This document shows positions 49,490-64,000 of a DNA stretch of 64,000 nucleotides, piece by piece; the first letter of the stretch is position 1; the number at the start of each line of letters is the position of its first letter. The DNA is from Octopus sinensis (Eukaryota), in assembly GCF_006345805.1 (NCBI RefSeq), contig NC_043010.1, positions 33,108,001-33,172,000 of the forward strand, read 5' to 3'. The translations under genes and the position numbers were made by a program. The notes beneath the pieces were generated by a model. It saw only the letters and a list, made by a program, of their open reading frames with translations. It was not told the DNA's origin and searched no databases.

Positions 49490-50412
49490 TACATCATGTG
49501 TGTGAACAGCCATGCTACATGGGCCGTGACTGCTGAGGATATGCATAAGCTTGCAAGGAATGAAGCCAGTATGCTCCGCTGGATGTGTAATGTCAGTGTG
49601 CATACATGACAGAGTGTACGCGCCCTGAGAGAAAAGTTGGATTTAAGAAGCATCAGATGTGGTGTGCAAGAGAGACGACTGCGCTGGTATGGTCATGTGT
49701 TGCAAATGAATGAGGATGAGGTGGTGAAGCATGACCTTTGAACATTGGGCCTTACCAAGGCAATGACTAATGACCAGGACCTTTGGAGATATGCTGTGCT
49801 TGAGAAGACCCAACAAACCAAGTGAGACCATAGCCCATGGCCTATGCCAATGGGTGTAACCAGCCCATTTATGAATACCCCTCATTCATTGGACAATAAA
49901 CCTTGCTTGTGAAGACCTATTGAGGCAAGTGAAATCAAAATTGCTGACGTGACTGATGACAGTACTGCCTGATTGGCACTTGTGCCAGTGGATGTTAAAA
50001 GCATATCTGAACATGATCATTGCCAGGGCCACGGATTGGCTCCCATGCCGGTGACACGTGAAAAGCACCATTCAAGTGTGATCATTGCCAGCGTCACCTT
50101 ACCAGCATGTGAAAAACAACATTCAAGCGTGGTCGTTGCCAATGCTTCCAGACTGGCTCCCATGCCGGTAGCATGTAAAAACACCATTTGAGCGTGGTCG
50201 TTGCCAGAAACGCCTGACTGGCCCTCATGCCTGTGGCACATAAAAAGCACCCACTACACTTGGAGTGGTTGGTGTTGGGAAGGGCATCCAGCTGTAGAAA
50301 CTTTCTCCAGATCAGATTGAGTCTGGTGCAGCCTCTGGCTCACCAGTCCTCAGTCAAACCGTCCAACCCATGCTAGCATGGAAAGTGGGTGTTAAACGAT
50401 GATGATGATGAA
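49490..50412 (+). mobile_element. RTE LINE 3' portion: ORF end, tandem-repeat UTR, (GAT)n tail
   Basis: RNEASMLRWMCNVSVH..LREKLDLRSIRCGVQERRLRWYGHV, then degenerate ~65-bp repeats and the shared tail. Confidence 0.9.
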
Positions 50413-50949
50413 GATACCTACAAGTTCAGTAATCCCAGGTCTATGACATAAACAATTATTGTTTGGTGACGTGGATGTATGACTTATTTTGCCACATAGG
50501 GAGAGGCAGAGCTATGATTTATTCTTGAACATATTTGAGGAAATGTATTTACTAGGTAACAAATAAATTAAAATGGAATATGAAAAATTATTTAATATAA
50601 GGGGGGATAAGTGCGTTTATTCAGAATCATCTCTAACAGGGAAAGCTAAGTTTCATCGCCATCAGCGATGCTACAAAGGAATACAAATCAAGTCAACTGG
50701 AATTTCATTACCATACCTTAAAGTACTTGTTAGTGCACTGGTCTGTTTGTTTTTTTTATAATATATCTACATAAATACATGAAGAAAATGGTAATGATCA
50801 AAGGAAGCTTTCAACCTACATCCTATTGTTTGGACTGTAATTAGCTTTACTGACTCATCTCCTCTGGTCTTCAAGTTCAACAATGGTCAAGTCTTCATGC
50901 TGAGACGAGCATTCACAACCACCTTCAAGCTCTCAGTTTCCAGGTTTAC

Positions 50950-52120
50950 TGAGGAGTTTAAAAACCATGCAGCAGGCCATCACTTCGGGGTTGACAAATC
51001 TGTTGTCTGATGATGGTGCTCCAATAAGGCCACAATCGAGTCGATGCCCAAGAAGAAGGCGATGAGGAGTAAGACAGTGCAGTGGCTGGAAATAGAGGAG
51101 AGGCTTCTCAGATAGGTGAAGGAGAAGAGGATGATAGGACTCGAGGTGTTGACACTCACCTTTCGAATCAAGGCCAAGAAGATCGTCAGAAACTTCCATT
51201 CCAGCACATCATGGGCTTTCCAGTCTATGCGCAGGCATGATTTGTCCATCAGGTATCACATCCACATTACACAGTGGCTGCCAGAAAATCTCAACGCAAA
51301 AACAGAGGTTCCAGCGGTTTATCATCAACCCGCTTAAACTACATCAGTACCCTCTGAGCCACATTGGCAACACGGACCAGACTCCCCTCACATTCGATCT
51401 TCCAATGGCAAGAACTGTTGCTGAGAAGGGGAGAAAACAGTAGAAATCTTCACAAGGACTATTTTAAAGTGATGCTGACTTCCACAGCTAATGGAGGAAA
51501 GCTGCCACTGTACGTCGTCTTCGAGAGGAAGACACTACCCAAAGATGCCAAGTTTTTGGAGGGGGTCTCATTCGAGCCCAAACAAAAGGTTGGATGGGCC
51601 AGGCACTCATTGAGGTCTGGCTTCGGGTAGTGTGGGGACAGCGCATCAGTGGACTGCATTAGAGAAGGGGTCCCCTGGGTCTGGATGCATTCAGATGCCA
51701 CAAGTTAGAAAAAACCAAGGCAAAGATACATTTAACATCGATGTGACAATGATCCCTGGGGAAATGAGATCACTTCTTTAAATATTTTATATTGCAATCA
51801 ACAAATCGTTTGAGGACCGTCTCAAGCACTGCTGGGAGGATTGGATGGCCAATGCGCCAAAAGAGGTGATAAAGACTGGGCTCACGAGGAAAGTCGACTG
51901 GGGGGAGATTCCAGAAGACATCATCAAGCAGGCTTTCCTGAAATGCTGCATATCCAACGCATTCAACAGCACAAAAGATGACATTTTGTAAGAAGGCGCC
52001 ACCATTTCTCCCAACACTTCTGACTCCAGTGATGGCGAGGATGAACTGGCATATGCAGATAATCAACTCTACAAGGTCTTCAACGGGTCATTTGATGATG
52101 AAGAGTTCTGAGGTGTTGAG
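50950..52120 (+). mobile_element. pogo/Tigger-family transposase fossil
   Basis: CENP-B-like HTH (SWAFQSMRRHDLSIR), IGNTDQTPLTFDLP, TANGGKLPLYVVF, LDAFRCH, INKSFEDRL. Confidence 0.85.
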
Positions 52121-53677
52121 TGAAGTCTCTACTCATTAGGGTCGGTCCTATTTAGGACCACACATTTTCAAGAAAGAATATAAAGATCACAATATGAATA
52201 AATCATATAAACACACATAATAAAAAGATGTTTTCTTATTATCTCTTGCATTTAAAACCTAAGACTTTATCTTCCATTCATAATTATGAATATCAATGAT
52301 TGCAGTCGGAAAAGTTTAAGTATGAAATCATCATGAAACGGAAGTTTGTATTCATCCTGTACTTCTCCTTTTTCATTAGCCCCAGTTATTTCGTGGTTTT
52401 CCCCTCTCGGGCACCAACAGTTGGTAGTTATTTATGAAAAAACAGAAAAACTCATTCTACGGTGTTATCTAACTTCAGTTCCAGACCATTTTCTTTCTGC
52501 CAATTTACATTTATCTTTTGGTATAGTAACATTCAGATGTGTTCTATCTTTTATTCCTCTCTTCAAGGCCATATGAAAATACTTGGGACTAGATTTTGTT
52601 CTGCTGTCCTATCCACTCACAGCAGTATTATTTTCAAAATTTGCTCTGAAATCATCAATAAATACCTTACTTTTGGCTGAAAGTTGAAGTAGGTCTTAAG
52701 TAGTAACATGGATATTTGTCAATCTAAAATCAAAGTACACTGAATCATTGGGATAATGGTGGAGATATTTTAATGAAATGGGTCAGATCTCTATGATTCT
52801 TAGATCTGAGGTGACTTTGACATCAGCTGTCACCACTTCTTCCCACTACTGTCATCATTCATCTTGTCACATCTCCATACTTGTGCAGCTGCTGTTTTGC
52901 ATACATCTTCTTCCTCTTCTACCCATTTTTTTTCCCTCCTTTCTCTTAACTCATTTGTACTTCGAGGTTTGTGCATACTGGCATATTACATCCAACAGAA
53001 CATTTTAGTTTAATTTCTGTTCCACCTTTGCACATCCTCTGCAAATATATATGGTACATTGGCATGCAAGCACTAAACAATCTACCCTTCACTTAATAAA
53101 AATCTTTGTCACCAACATAAATAACAATCTTTTTTTTCCATCTTGTTCTAACTTTGATGGCTTAGTTTTATGCATCTAGTAGCTATCAACTAATACAGAG
53201 CAAGCTTTTTAAGCAGTTGGTCACCCTACCTGTGATCTCACTGCATTTTTTGTACATCAGTAATCTCCATTAGGTAAACACCATAGAGTTCCTACCTGCT
53301 CCTGTTTTGTATATCAAGCACAGCCACTTCCCAGATTATAGTAATTTGTATATAATTCGTTGCATGCGTGGTGAGCTGCATGAATCAAAATGATGACTTG
53401 CATATTCTTCATAAGTTCTGGCAGATTTGAACATCATCAATATTGTTTAATGTCCACTTTCCATGATGACATGGGTTGGATGGTTTGACATGGAACTGGC
53501 TAGCAGGAAGATGTCCAGACTCCAGTTGCCTGTTTAGGCATGATTTCTACGGTTGAATACCCTTCCTAACGGCAACCACTTAAGAGTGTGCTGGATGCTT
53601 TTGAAATGGCACCAGCAACTGAAAGAACAAGTCTGTATGTATGGAAGACATCAATTTTACGTAGCTTGACATGTCTT

Positions 53678-54830
53678 ATCATCATCGTTTAACGTCTGTT
53701 TTCCATGCTAGCATGGGTTGGACAGTTCGACCGGGGTCTGGGGAGCCAGGAGGCTGCACCACGCTCCAGTCTGATCTGGCAGTGTTTCTACAGCTAGATA
53801 CCCTTCCTGACGCCAACCACTCAGTGAGTGTAGTGGGTGCTTTTTACGTGCTACCGGCACAGGGGCCAGAGGAGGCTGGCAAATGACCATGATCAAGTAC
53901 AGCAACTCGCCAAATCTCTCAGTCCCATGTCTTCCTGGGTCTGCCCCTTCCACAGGTCCCCTCCACAATTAGAGCTCAGCAAATCTTTATGCAGTTGTCC
54001 TCATCCATATGCATCACATGACCAGACCAGTGTAGTCTCCTCTCTGGCACACAACATTTGATGCCGCTTATACCTAGTTTTCCTCTTAAATCTTCTCTGC
54101 TCTGTTGTGCATGCACACTGACATTACCCATCCAGCAGATCATGCTAGCTTCATTTCTTGCAAGTCTTCTCTAGTCAAAGCCCACATTTCACTGATATAT
54201 AACGTAGCTGTCCATACACTGGTGTCATACAATCTACCTTTCACCCTGAGGGAAAGGACCTTAGTTACCAACAAAGGTAGAACCCCTCCAAACTTGGCCA
54301 AGCCAATTCTTGTCTTAGCAACTACACTTTCAGAACTCCCTTCCCTACAACTAACTTGGTTTCCTAGGTAACAGAAGCTATCCACCTGAGCATTTGAGGG
54401 AGCCTATTGTCTGTATGTTTTTAGTGCTTATTGTGCCTGCAAATTTGCCATACACACACACACAGACTCTGTTCTCTGTTAACCTTCCTTTGATGCTGCT
54501 ACACCTCTGAGTACAATGTATGGAGTTTCTACCAACAGCCTTCTTAGATATTGAGCCGGGCCATCTCCAAGAAGGGACTTGTGATTTGTCTGTTTTCCTA
54601 CTTTCAAGGACTTAAGTTAATTTAGTAAAAACCCTAAGACCCTTAGATTCCAGACCTTGTTTCCACAACTGAAATTTCTACTCTAGGTAAAGTAGTGATC
54701 CAGCTATAAGAACAAGGTCATTAGTGCAGAGGAGCTCCCAGGGACAGCCAGTCTTGAATTCCTCTGTTAGAGCCTGGAGGGCTAAGGTAAACAGGAGTCT
54801 TAGTACACTGAGTTCATTAGCATGAATATG
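53678..54830 (-). mobile_element. RTE LINE: 3' tail and RT C-terminal half
   Basis: Tail reverse complement at 53678-53880. SFCYLGNQVS, LRVKGRLYDTSV, CPWELLCTNDLVLIA. Confidence 0.88.
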
Positions 54831-55131
54831 CTAATCACTGTTGCATTTGTCACCAGAGAACAACTTTTCTTTTATGAAGAATATGCATTCATACTCGATT
54901 TATTAGTATAAGGGATGAAATACAACAGCAGTTAGCATATTCAAGTTCAAATCTTCCAGAACAGATCGAAAATGTGTGAAAGTCATTGTTTTGATTCTCA
55001 CTGTTCACATGATGATTTGGCAGATATCAGCATGAATCAGTAAACAGTTTGTTTGCTGATGTTATAAACAAGACCATCACCTCTTGTTAAATTTGAGACA
55101 CAACAGTGTCAAAATGCCTCTAACCCTTTAT

Positions 55132-56200
55132 ACAAGGGGGTAACCAAAAGAAACCAGACTTTTACAATATTATTTTATTCACTTAGTTTTTCTGCCTTCA
55201 AAGTATTCTCCATTTGAAGCGATGCAGTCCTGGAACTCTTGCGAAGTGATGTTCTTAATGCCTCTATTGTTTTTTGTTTTTTTTTCTTCACCTCTTCCAC
55301 ATCTGCAAAACGTTTTCCTTTAAGGACTTTTCATTCAAAGGGAACAAAAAAAGTCGCAGGGAGCAAGATCAGGCGAATAGGGAGGGTGATGCCATTTTTT
55401 GGTCAAAAACTGTCTCACACTCAAGGTGGTGTGCACAGGCACATTGTCATGATGAAACCACCACTCTCCACTTTGCTACAGGTCAGGATGTTTTCATCTC
55501 ACCATGTCTCACAAATGCTTCAGAACTGCCAAGTAAAATGTCTGGTTAACAGTTTGACTAGCAGGAGCAAATTCTGTGTGGACAATTCCTTTCACATCAA
55601 TGAAATAAATCTGCATCATCTTGACATTGGAGTTCACTTGACGTGCTTTTTCGGGGTATGGTGACATCAAATGCTTCCATTGACTTGATTGCTGCTTTGT
55701 TTCTGGGTTGTAGCCATAGCACCAGCTTTCATCACCAGTGATGACCTTTGAAAAATGGTCTGGATCGACTTCCAGTTGTTCATTAAGTCATGACTGCTTT
55801 TGATCTTTCATGAGCAAGCGAGGCACAAATTTTGCTGCAACTCTATTCATTTACAATTCCTTGCTCAAAATTTGTTGGCAGAAGCTCCAGGACAAACCAG
55901 TCATATCAACAAGTTCGTCAGTTGTTAGGTGACGGTACTCCAAAGTCTGTTCATGAATTTTCATGACATTTTCATTAATTCTGGAGGTCAACAGTTATCC
56001 TGAACAAGGTTGGTCTTCTAGTAACAGGTAACCATTCCTAAAGCATGAAAACCACTTGTAAACTTGTTTTGTTCATGGCAGCATCCTTGTAAGCTATTTG
56101 AGGTATGACAACTGTTTCAGCCACCATTTTCCCCTGCGGTAAACAGAATTTCACAGAAGCACACTATTCCTTTGTTTCAGCCATCACAAAAATTGACAAG
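55132..56200 (-). mobile_element. Decayed mariner transposon; a lone matching end at ~59025-59080
   Basis: ITGDESWCYGYNPETKQQSSQWK, HHDNVPVHT, YSPDLAPCDF. Confidence 0.88.
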
Positions 56201-56239
56201 CAGGGTGAGTGAACACACATCCGTCATAAAGGAGAACTT

Positions 56240-57510
56240 GTTCTCCTTTGACAAAATACAACATTATCATTTTCATTATTTGATCCATCAAATTGATGCC
56301 TCTGTAATTACTCCTTTCTAGAACAACCTTGTTCTTGTAGCAGTTGGAAATAAGCCATTCATTAGGGATAACACATCCTTGATTCACTATGTAACAAACA
56401 TGTCATACATTGCCAGATATTGGCAACTATCTCTGATGGTCCTACTGTTTTTTGTTTCCATATCCTTAATAGCTCTTTTGTCTGTATAGTGATCAACTGT
56501 AATGGTTGGACACTCTGTTACATCTATTTGAAGGAGTCCCTCCATCTTCCAGTTTTGTTTCTACAACTATTCTTTGTGAGATTTTCATTCCTCTTTTCTT
56601 CATCATTGACAGTGCCACTCTCATTGTGCACTTTTCACCAGCTACCTCCCATTTCACTTGCAATTTAGTATACTTTATTCTGATCTTCATGGTAAAGAAC
56701 ATGAGCATACTTCTTTCAGCTTCTCTCCTAGCTCCCTGATATTCCATGATCATCACTTTCTAGGCCTGTCTCTTAGCTTTTGTTGCTCTATCTACTGTAC
56801 CTTCCACCACTGTGTCACTCGCTATTTGTCTGGGACTTTGCTCCATCTCCAAGTCTGATTACTGGCTCATGGTAAGTTGTCACATAGAAATTCTCAGTTA
56901 TCCTTTATGCCTTTACTGCTTTTTCATCAGAGATGTTACCTAATTTTGAACTCATGTCTAGCAGAGGGATCTTTCAAGTTCCATATTATCCTTCTTTGAT
57001 TCATCTTCTGTCTCTGAATCTATCTAGCTCTTAAACTGAGGTCGCTAATCTTTAGTCTATTTCGAATGGCACATTCTTCAGCAAAGAAGGATTTAATATT
57101 AACAATTTTGTATTTACATACTATTCCATTCTGACTAGGAAGTCTAGCTGGCTTGTCTTCAACTTTGTGGCTGGGATTCTGAAATTTATGTTACAAATGG
57201 CTATCTGTGACTCGGAACACTAAGAGCTTTCATGCAACATGACCATAACCTCCATGTGCATGTTCACCAGTATAGCCATTAAAGTCACCTGCTGTGATCA
57301 GGAGGCTACTGTTAATGTCACCAAAGCAGTCTGCAAGAGGACCTTGTAGAAACAGTTGTTTAGATCATTTGTCAGTCTTGGTTTTGGTTCATAGGCAAAG
57401 ATCATTTGCTCTTTGTATTGCTTATCACTAGTTTAATTATCCTGTCACATATTCTGATTTCCTCAATTACAATACTTACATCTAAGTTGTTACCTACTCA
57501 GAAGCCTTTT
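56240..57510 (-). mobile_element. RTE LINE: endonuclease, linker and start of RT, decayed
   Basis: IPNEWLISNCYKNK..LERSNYRGINLMDQIMK and upstream endonuclease-like remnants. Collinear with 53678-54830. Confidence 0.72.
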
Positions 57511-59499
57511 TTTTGTTCCTGGATGGTACTCACAGCACTAACAAGATGTTAGTCCTAATGGATATCTTTGTCATTTTCTCTCCCTCTCTCTCTCTCAGAA
57601 ATAGTACTGTCACTCAAAGATATATTTAATGTTGACATTGAATAGCCTCAATCAGCTATGCCACAAAAATAACTTTGCAAATGTTTCAGCTAACCTAAAA
57701 ACCCACTTCACTGGCTGTTGTATTGTTGTATTGTACTGGCAAACCAAATAGTTTTGCTTTGTTTTAATTATGTGATCCTAGTATTTCACATTGAAATATA
57801 TGGTGCTTCTTTATTGAAATAGAAAGGTGAATCTGTAAAGGAAATGTTGGGTTTTTTTCCCTTTTCATTTTCTTTTACATGTTTCATTCATTAGACTATG
57901 ATCATGCTAGGGATTTTAGGTGAAATAAGTCTGGTGCTTATTCTTGGTTTCTTTAGCCAAGCACTGTGTTAGAGAGACATAAACAAATAAACATCAGTTG
58001 TCCAATTGTGAGAAATGAATGCAAACAAAGGCACACAGGCATATATATACAATAGCTATCCATGTACAAAATCCACTCACAAGGCAGTCAGCTTGGTGTT
58101 ATAGTAGAAGACATTTGTACAAGATGCCACATAGTGGGACTAAAGCCAAAACCACATGGTTGCAAAGTGAGCTTCTTAACCACATAGCCAGCTTCTCAAA
58201 TTTTTTTATTTTTCCCTTTTCTGGTCTTCCTTTTTTTTATTTTTCTATATAAATTACTCATAGATAGAACAGTAGAGGTCCTTCCAAACTGGTGAGCTTG
58301 ATGAAGTTAGCATTTAGTGTAAACATCTGAGAGAATACATAGAAAACAAGAATTCTAGGGAGTTGCTATTGTTGGGAGAAATGATTCTACATGTTTAGGT
58401 ACAGTCTGAGAGATGAGGCACAGTAAAAGTAACAGAAGGTAAGGAAGGGTGACAAGGATATGCAAAGACCATTGTCAAAGTACCTGAATAAGCAAAAGCT
58501 TTGTATGTTGCTTGTGTATGTATGTATGTGTGTGTGTGGTGTGTTAGCATCTCTTTGCCTTCACATTATATAACAGTCATAAAAAAACCATTATCATACA
58601 AGTAGTGTCCTTCACTCTTAATTTTCTGTGAAAAAATATCAAGCTATGAGAAAATATTACCTTGCTTGGAAAAATGTATGGGTTAGTGACAGGAATGGCA
58701 TCTAGTTATAGAAAATCTGCTTCAGCAAATTCTGTTTAAACCATAAAAGCTTGGGAAAGTGAGCATTAAAGCAATGATGTATGTGTTTGTATTTCTACAT
58801 GTGTGTGCGTCTTGTACATGCTTGTGTGTATGTTTTTTGTCTCTCTCCATCTTTTTGCAAACACCTCTTGAGCAGCAGTGATGTTCTTTATGTTCCTCAT
58901 AAACAGATATTTGATGATTTGATGTGCAAAGATGATAGCACATTAAAGATTAGGTTAGGAAGGATGTCCAGCCATAGAATGTTGCTTTAAGAAAGAAAAA
59001 ACATGTAAAAATGATTTGCATATATGAGGGGGTATCCAAATGAAACCAGAATTTTGCAATATTATTTGATTCACTTAGTGCAATTTTTATGTCCATTTTT
59101 AATGTTTACATTACTTGGATGGGTTTCTTCATGCAACATTTTACCATTTCTTGCAGTTCTTTTGTCATCTCATGTGTGAAGCTTAGCCTCATGAGATCTA
59201 TCTTCTCCACTGCCTTCCGTGGTTCACCACCCCTCCTCTATAGTTTCCTTCTTATTAGAACATTGGTACTTTTTTACCCAACTGTCATCTTCCAAATTTC
59301 ATCAATACCCATACCAGTTCAGTTTCCTGGCTTACATACTACATTTGGTCCTTCTTACACTTTTTTCCAGCTCATTTGTGCTCTGTCATTATGCAGCCAG
59401 ACATTATTCATCCAACAAAGCATACTTAATTTCTTCATTTGTAATGTAGATACATATTTTTGTATCTACATTACGTGGTAGATATATATATCTGTGTTG

Positions 59500-59728
59500 C
59501 TGACACAGCTCAAGAAGACCCATGAAGCTGAGCAAAATCGCAGTCATGGCAGATGCCGGTGGCACATAAAAGCACCCATTACACTCTGAGTAGTTGGTGT
59601 TAGGAAGGGCATCCAGCCATAGAAAACCATGCCAAATCAGACTGGAGTCTGATGCAGCTTACCAGCTCTGGTCAAACCATCCAACCCATGCCAGCATGGA
59701 CAATGGACGTTAAATGATGGTGATGATA
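59500..59728 (+). mobile_element. RTE 3' UTR fragment with one repeat motif
   Basis: atgccggtggcacataaaagcacc, then ggtgttaggaagggcatccagcc..ggacgttaaatgatggtgatga. Confidence 0.85.
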
Positions 59729-61593
59729 GATACTCATACATATATAGAAATGTCAGATCTTTTCACTTTGACCGACAGATTTTTAAAAATAATTTCTTTG
59801 TAACTAAACACTTTTAAACTTCGTATACTGGTAGAATGTATTACATAAAACTTCTTTCTCTCTTGGCTTTCTTGAAAAAATTCTGTAGTTTGTAAGCTAT
59901 TTCTTGCATTTCGGCAATTTCAACCAATCAATGACGTCTATTGAGGTGAATACAATTTCTGCGGTTGTTTGTCAATGCAGTGTTGATCTTATAAGTGTCG
60001 CATGGTGGAAATAAACACAATTTTGCATTTCAATTTGTACATCTGTACTCCCAACTGTGTACAAGCGCATATGTAAAATGACATCCTTTATTTTTTAATC
60101 ATTATCAGCTAATAAGTAGTATATTGAAAAATAAAAATATTTTCAGGGCGGGGGTATTTGTGATTACAAGGATCAAAAGTGGGCCTTTGGCCAAAATGGG
60201 TTAAGAACTTTTGCCCTAGAGGATTCATCAGGTCATTAGTATCACAGAACTCTCTTCATTTCTAGATACAAAGCCATTGACTCCATGTACATCATGGAAT
60301 CTATCAGTGGTGTCCAACATGTCTGTTAAAGTTACCAGCCACAAAGATTAGAACATTGACAATTATCAATTTCTGATAATAATGGATGATGGCTATGCCT
60401 GCAACCTACATTTCTGTTTGGAATTTCGGATAAGCTGGGGTTTTTTGGTTATTGTTATGTGAAGCCTACAGGTGAGGTTGTATGCAAGTGATTGATGTGT
60501 AGTTACACATATCTCTGTTGTTAGTGTGAAAGAGAATATTATTTCCACTCAGAAGCTTGCAAAAGTGAATAATACTTCTACTCAGTTTCATAAACCAGAG
60601 TGATCTGTAATAGTATTGACATTGTTATTGACCTCTTCGTGAATTTTCTCACAATCGGTATGCTTCTGAAACATTAAGTTCAGAGGCATAAGGAACTGGT
60701 CATGATGATATGCTATAAAATTCCGTGTATGAAAAATTATGTAGTCACTGAATGGCCTAATACCAGTACACAGCATAGGCTGCTAGTACTGAGTCCGTCT
60801 GCAAGGGGTTGACATAAACTGAAAAGTCAGAAGGCTACGCCAGGGAGAAGTATTGAGGGACAAGGGAAGAGGAGAAACATGGCTACCCTAGGCGGAGAGG
60901 GAGAGAGTGAAAATGTAGTGGGCCAGGGATTGGAGAGGGTAAGCTGATGAGTTCCCAAGATTGCAAAAGGAGAGTGGGAGCTTGGATTAGGGATGATGAG
61001 TGAGCACAGCTAAAGGGAGGGGATATTAGGATATGTTATGAAGAAGGGATTCAACAGGAACATATTTTGTGCAGCTAGATGCATGAGAGAGAATGGAATG
61101 TGGTGAGCATGGGTGGGGGTTAGGCATGGACATAAGGATCATGCCTTTATGCCCTGGACATGTCTTCTTGGTTCTTCCTCTTCCACAGGTTCCTTCCACA
61201 TTTAGAGATCAGTAAAAATTAATGGGTTTTGAGTCTTGGACGCAGGTCATGATTGGAAGCTGTGCAGCTATTATCAGGTTGGCATTGTGAATCTAGGGCT
61301 GCATTACCTAACATATCTTTTTTTAAAAAAATGTAGAATATACTTTAAGGGATATTTGGCTGTCATTCCTAGCATGTTGAATGACATAGAGGAGCCTTTG
61401 TTGGCTCCTGATAGGTTTAACCAGCAACAAAGGTAGTACAAATGTAAACAAACTAATTTCCAAATCTAACCAATGCAACATAGGAAACTATTCATCATGA
61501 GAATTATGGCACAAGTTTTTGTTTTCTTTTTACTAAAATTTTGTGTATAAAAATCAATGTTATTTTTAAATCTCATTTTCCTATCTTTTTCAG

Positions 61594-61642
61594 GTCAGTT
61601 CTCTGAGAACGAGACTAATGAGATCAATTTCCGTGAGATTCC
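61594..61642 (+). CDS. ELOC: Elongin C, 49-nt coding exon
   Basis: tttttcag|GT, QFSENETNEINFREI(P), donor CC|gtaagt. In frame with both neighbours. Confidence 0.96.
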
Positions 61643-61722
61643 GTAAGTGTGCTTTTATTCTTGCCCTCTGAATCAAGTGTAAAACACCCTCAAATGTAAC
61701 TAAATAAAAAGCTTATTGTAAA

Positions 61723-63392
61723 TGCAAGGTGAATTCAAAAAGTATCCAATCTTTGGGCATTAAAAAAAAATTCACAAATTTTATTTAATCACCTTCAAAA
61801 TATTTCCCTTGAGAGTTTATACACTTCTCCTAGCAGTTCTGCCATTACTGGTAACACCTTTGGATTGATATGGAGCTTTCCCATCATTTTTCTCGTGATT
61901 TCCTCTTGTGACTCAAATCACTTCCCTTTCAGCGTGGTTTTCAGTTTGAGAAAGAAGACCTAGAAGTCACATAGTCCCAGCCTGTTGAACAAGTGATGTG
62001 CTGTTCTTTACCAGGAAAGCTTGGATTATGTGGGTGGAATGAGCGGGCGCATTGTTGTTAAGTGGCTAATTCTTCACCACCCACATATTCAAACACTTTC
62101 AATGCACACATGTTCAGTCACTTTTGGCACACAGCATCATGAAGGCAACACATAACTTCCTGCTAGTATTCCATATTGATTATTTGGCCTTGTGGTACCT
62201 ATTCATGATGCACAATACCGTGGGAGTCAAAGAAACCGGTCAACATTACCTTCACATTGTTGCGAACCTGTTGTGCTTTTTAAGCCTTGATGATGACATA
62301 TGCATCCATTGGGAAGACTGGAACTTGATTTTTGAATCATAACCATAAACACGTCTCATCACCAGTAATAATGGTCTTCATAGAATCTGGGTTGTGATTT
62401 GCACAGTGCAACATGTCTTGAGTGATTTTCATGCAGAGTTGTTGCTGTTGAGTGAACGGTCTTCATCCCAGAGCTCGCAAGATGGGAGAAGTCCGAAACG
62501 TGGTCCTTTGCTATTCCTAAGACCCGCAGAAGAGGAAGCTGGTCAACCCCTGACACCGAGAGCATCGGTAGATGGATGAATGCGCATCCAGGCTCAGCGG
62601 TTGCATAGGAAGTCGGGGACAAGAAACAGGAAGAAAGAGTGAGAGAAAGTAAGAACAAAAGAGTACAACAGGGGTCGCCACCACCCCCTGCCGGAGCCTT
62701 GAGGAGCTTTAGGTGTTTTCGCTCAATAAACACACACAACGCCCGGTCTGGGAATCAAAACCACGATCCTCCGACCGCGAGTCCACTGCCTTAACCATTG
62801 GGCTATTGTACCTCCTGCTTCTGCTGCTCAATCAGCCCCTTGGCGAATTTTGCTGAAACTCTCCACATACATAAATCTTCTGTTAAAATGGAGTTCACTG
62901 ATCCTGTGCTTATTCCCCCTTTGTGAGCAATTTCCTGAATTGTTACGCGAGTCTTCTATGACTATGTGCTGAACCTTCTCAATTGGCTCCTTATTTCAGC
63001 TTATGGATGGTCTACCTGAGCATGCCTTGTTCTCCGCTGAAGTACAGCCATGTCTGAAGCGGTTGTACCACCCCTTGATCTGAGTTTTGCCCATAACATC
63101 ATCGCCAAAGGCCAGCTGAATTTTCTGGATGGTTTGAGCTTGAGTATCACCAAGCTTTTGGCAAAATTTGATGCTTGGTGTGTTCGGTCAGCTTATGTGA
63201 AAACGAGAATCCAGCGAGCATGCATTACACATCTGTATTCTAGGTATAACAGCTGAGAACTGATCTGGCCTACTGGTACAAAAATGTTCACACATGTGCA
63301 GGAATGGTGACCTATCCAAAGGATTTTGTCCGTGCGGCATTGGTTTTGGTGGGGAAAAAATGAAGTTAGATACTTTTTGAATGCACCTCATG
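61723..63392 (-). mobile_element. Decayed mariner transposon with both TIRs, interrupted by a SINE
   Basis: aggtgaattcaaaaagtatc versus reverse complement aggtgcattcaaaaagtatc. IITGDETCLWL (TGDETW-like) and NAPAH remnants. Confidence 0.85.
62463..62815 (-). mobile_element. CpG-rich tRNA-derived SINE inside the mariner
   Basis: Reverse complement head gaggtacaatagcccaatggttaaggcagtggactcgcggtcggaggatcgtggttttgattccc with A/B boxes and no acceptor stem. Confidence 0.8.
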
Positions 63393-63608
63393 TATTAAAT
63401 ATTTAATACATACATCACATAGTTACACTGGACATTCTGGAGCCTGTACTTTGTTCTTTCAGAGTTGACCATCTGTTATAAATTTAAACTACATGATTAA
63501 CTAAACAAATGGTAGTTATTGTACAAAGCCACAATAGGTTCAGACATAACTGTGTGATTAAGAAGTTTTACTTCACAACCATTTGACTTTTGGGTACAGA
63601 CCCACTGA

Positions 63609-64000
<392 letters not shown>

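Noticed and set aside
50950-52120. Domesticated pogo gene nested in ELOC
   Set aside because: Several frameshifts and stops and degraded catalytic motifs.
62740-62815. tRNA genes (also heads at ~21620-21692, 34143, 45247)
   Set aside because: A/B boxes are present but there is no full cloverleaf and each continues into a SINE body.

Overview
AT-rich, repeat-dominated eukaryotic DNA. The microsatellite load, SINE types and Penelope/RTE/Dong content are most consistent with an Octopus-type cephalopod (inference, no database search). Two spliced + strand genes can be read directly. MRPL43 has 3 coding exons (20154-20284, 27110-27216, 32133-32431; 178 aa). Elongin C (ELOC/TCEB1) has coding exons 48647-48812, 61594-61642 and 63881 to beyond the window end, with a probable non-coding first exon near 35.5 kb. 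Almost everything else is decayed mobile DNA: R4/Dong LINEs in (TAA)n tracts, a 3'-truncated Tx1/L1, Penelope-like remnants, RTE and CR1 fragments, DD37 Tc1/maT-like and mariner transposons, a pogo fossil, a piggyBac-type MITE and several tRNA-derived SINEs. No transposon ORF is intact. The most interesting signals are RNA structures: a core-intact minimal hammerhead ribozyme on the sense strand of MRPL43 intron 1 plus decayed relatives, a 333-nt fold-back in the ELOC 5' intron, other intronic inverted repeats, and copy-number-variable arrays of putative H-type pseudoknots in RTE 3' UTRs. Gene and TSD coordinates were counted by hand; most repeat boundaries are approximate.
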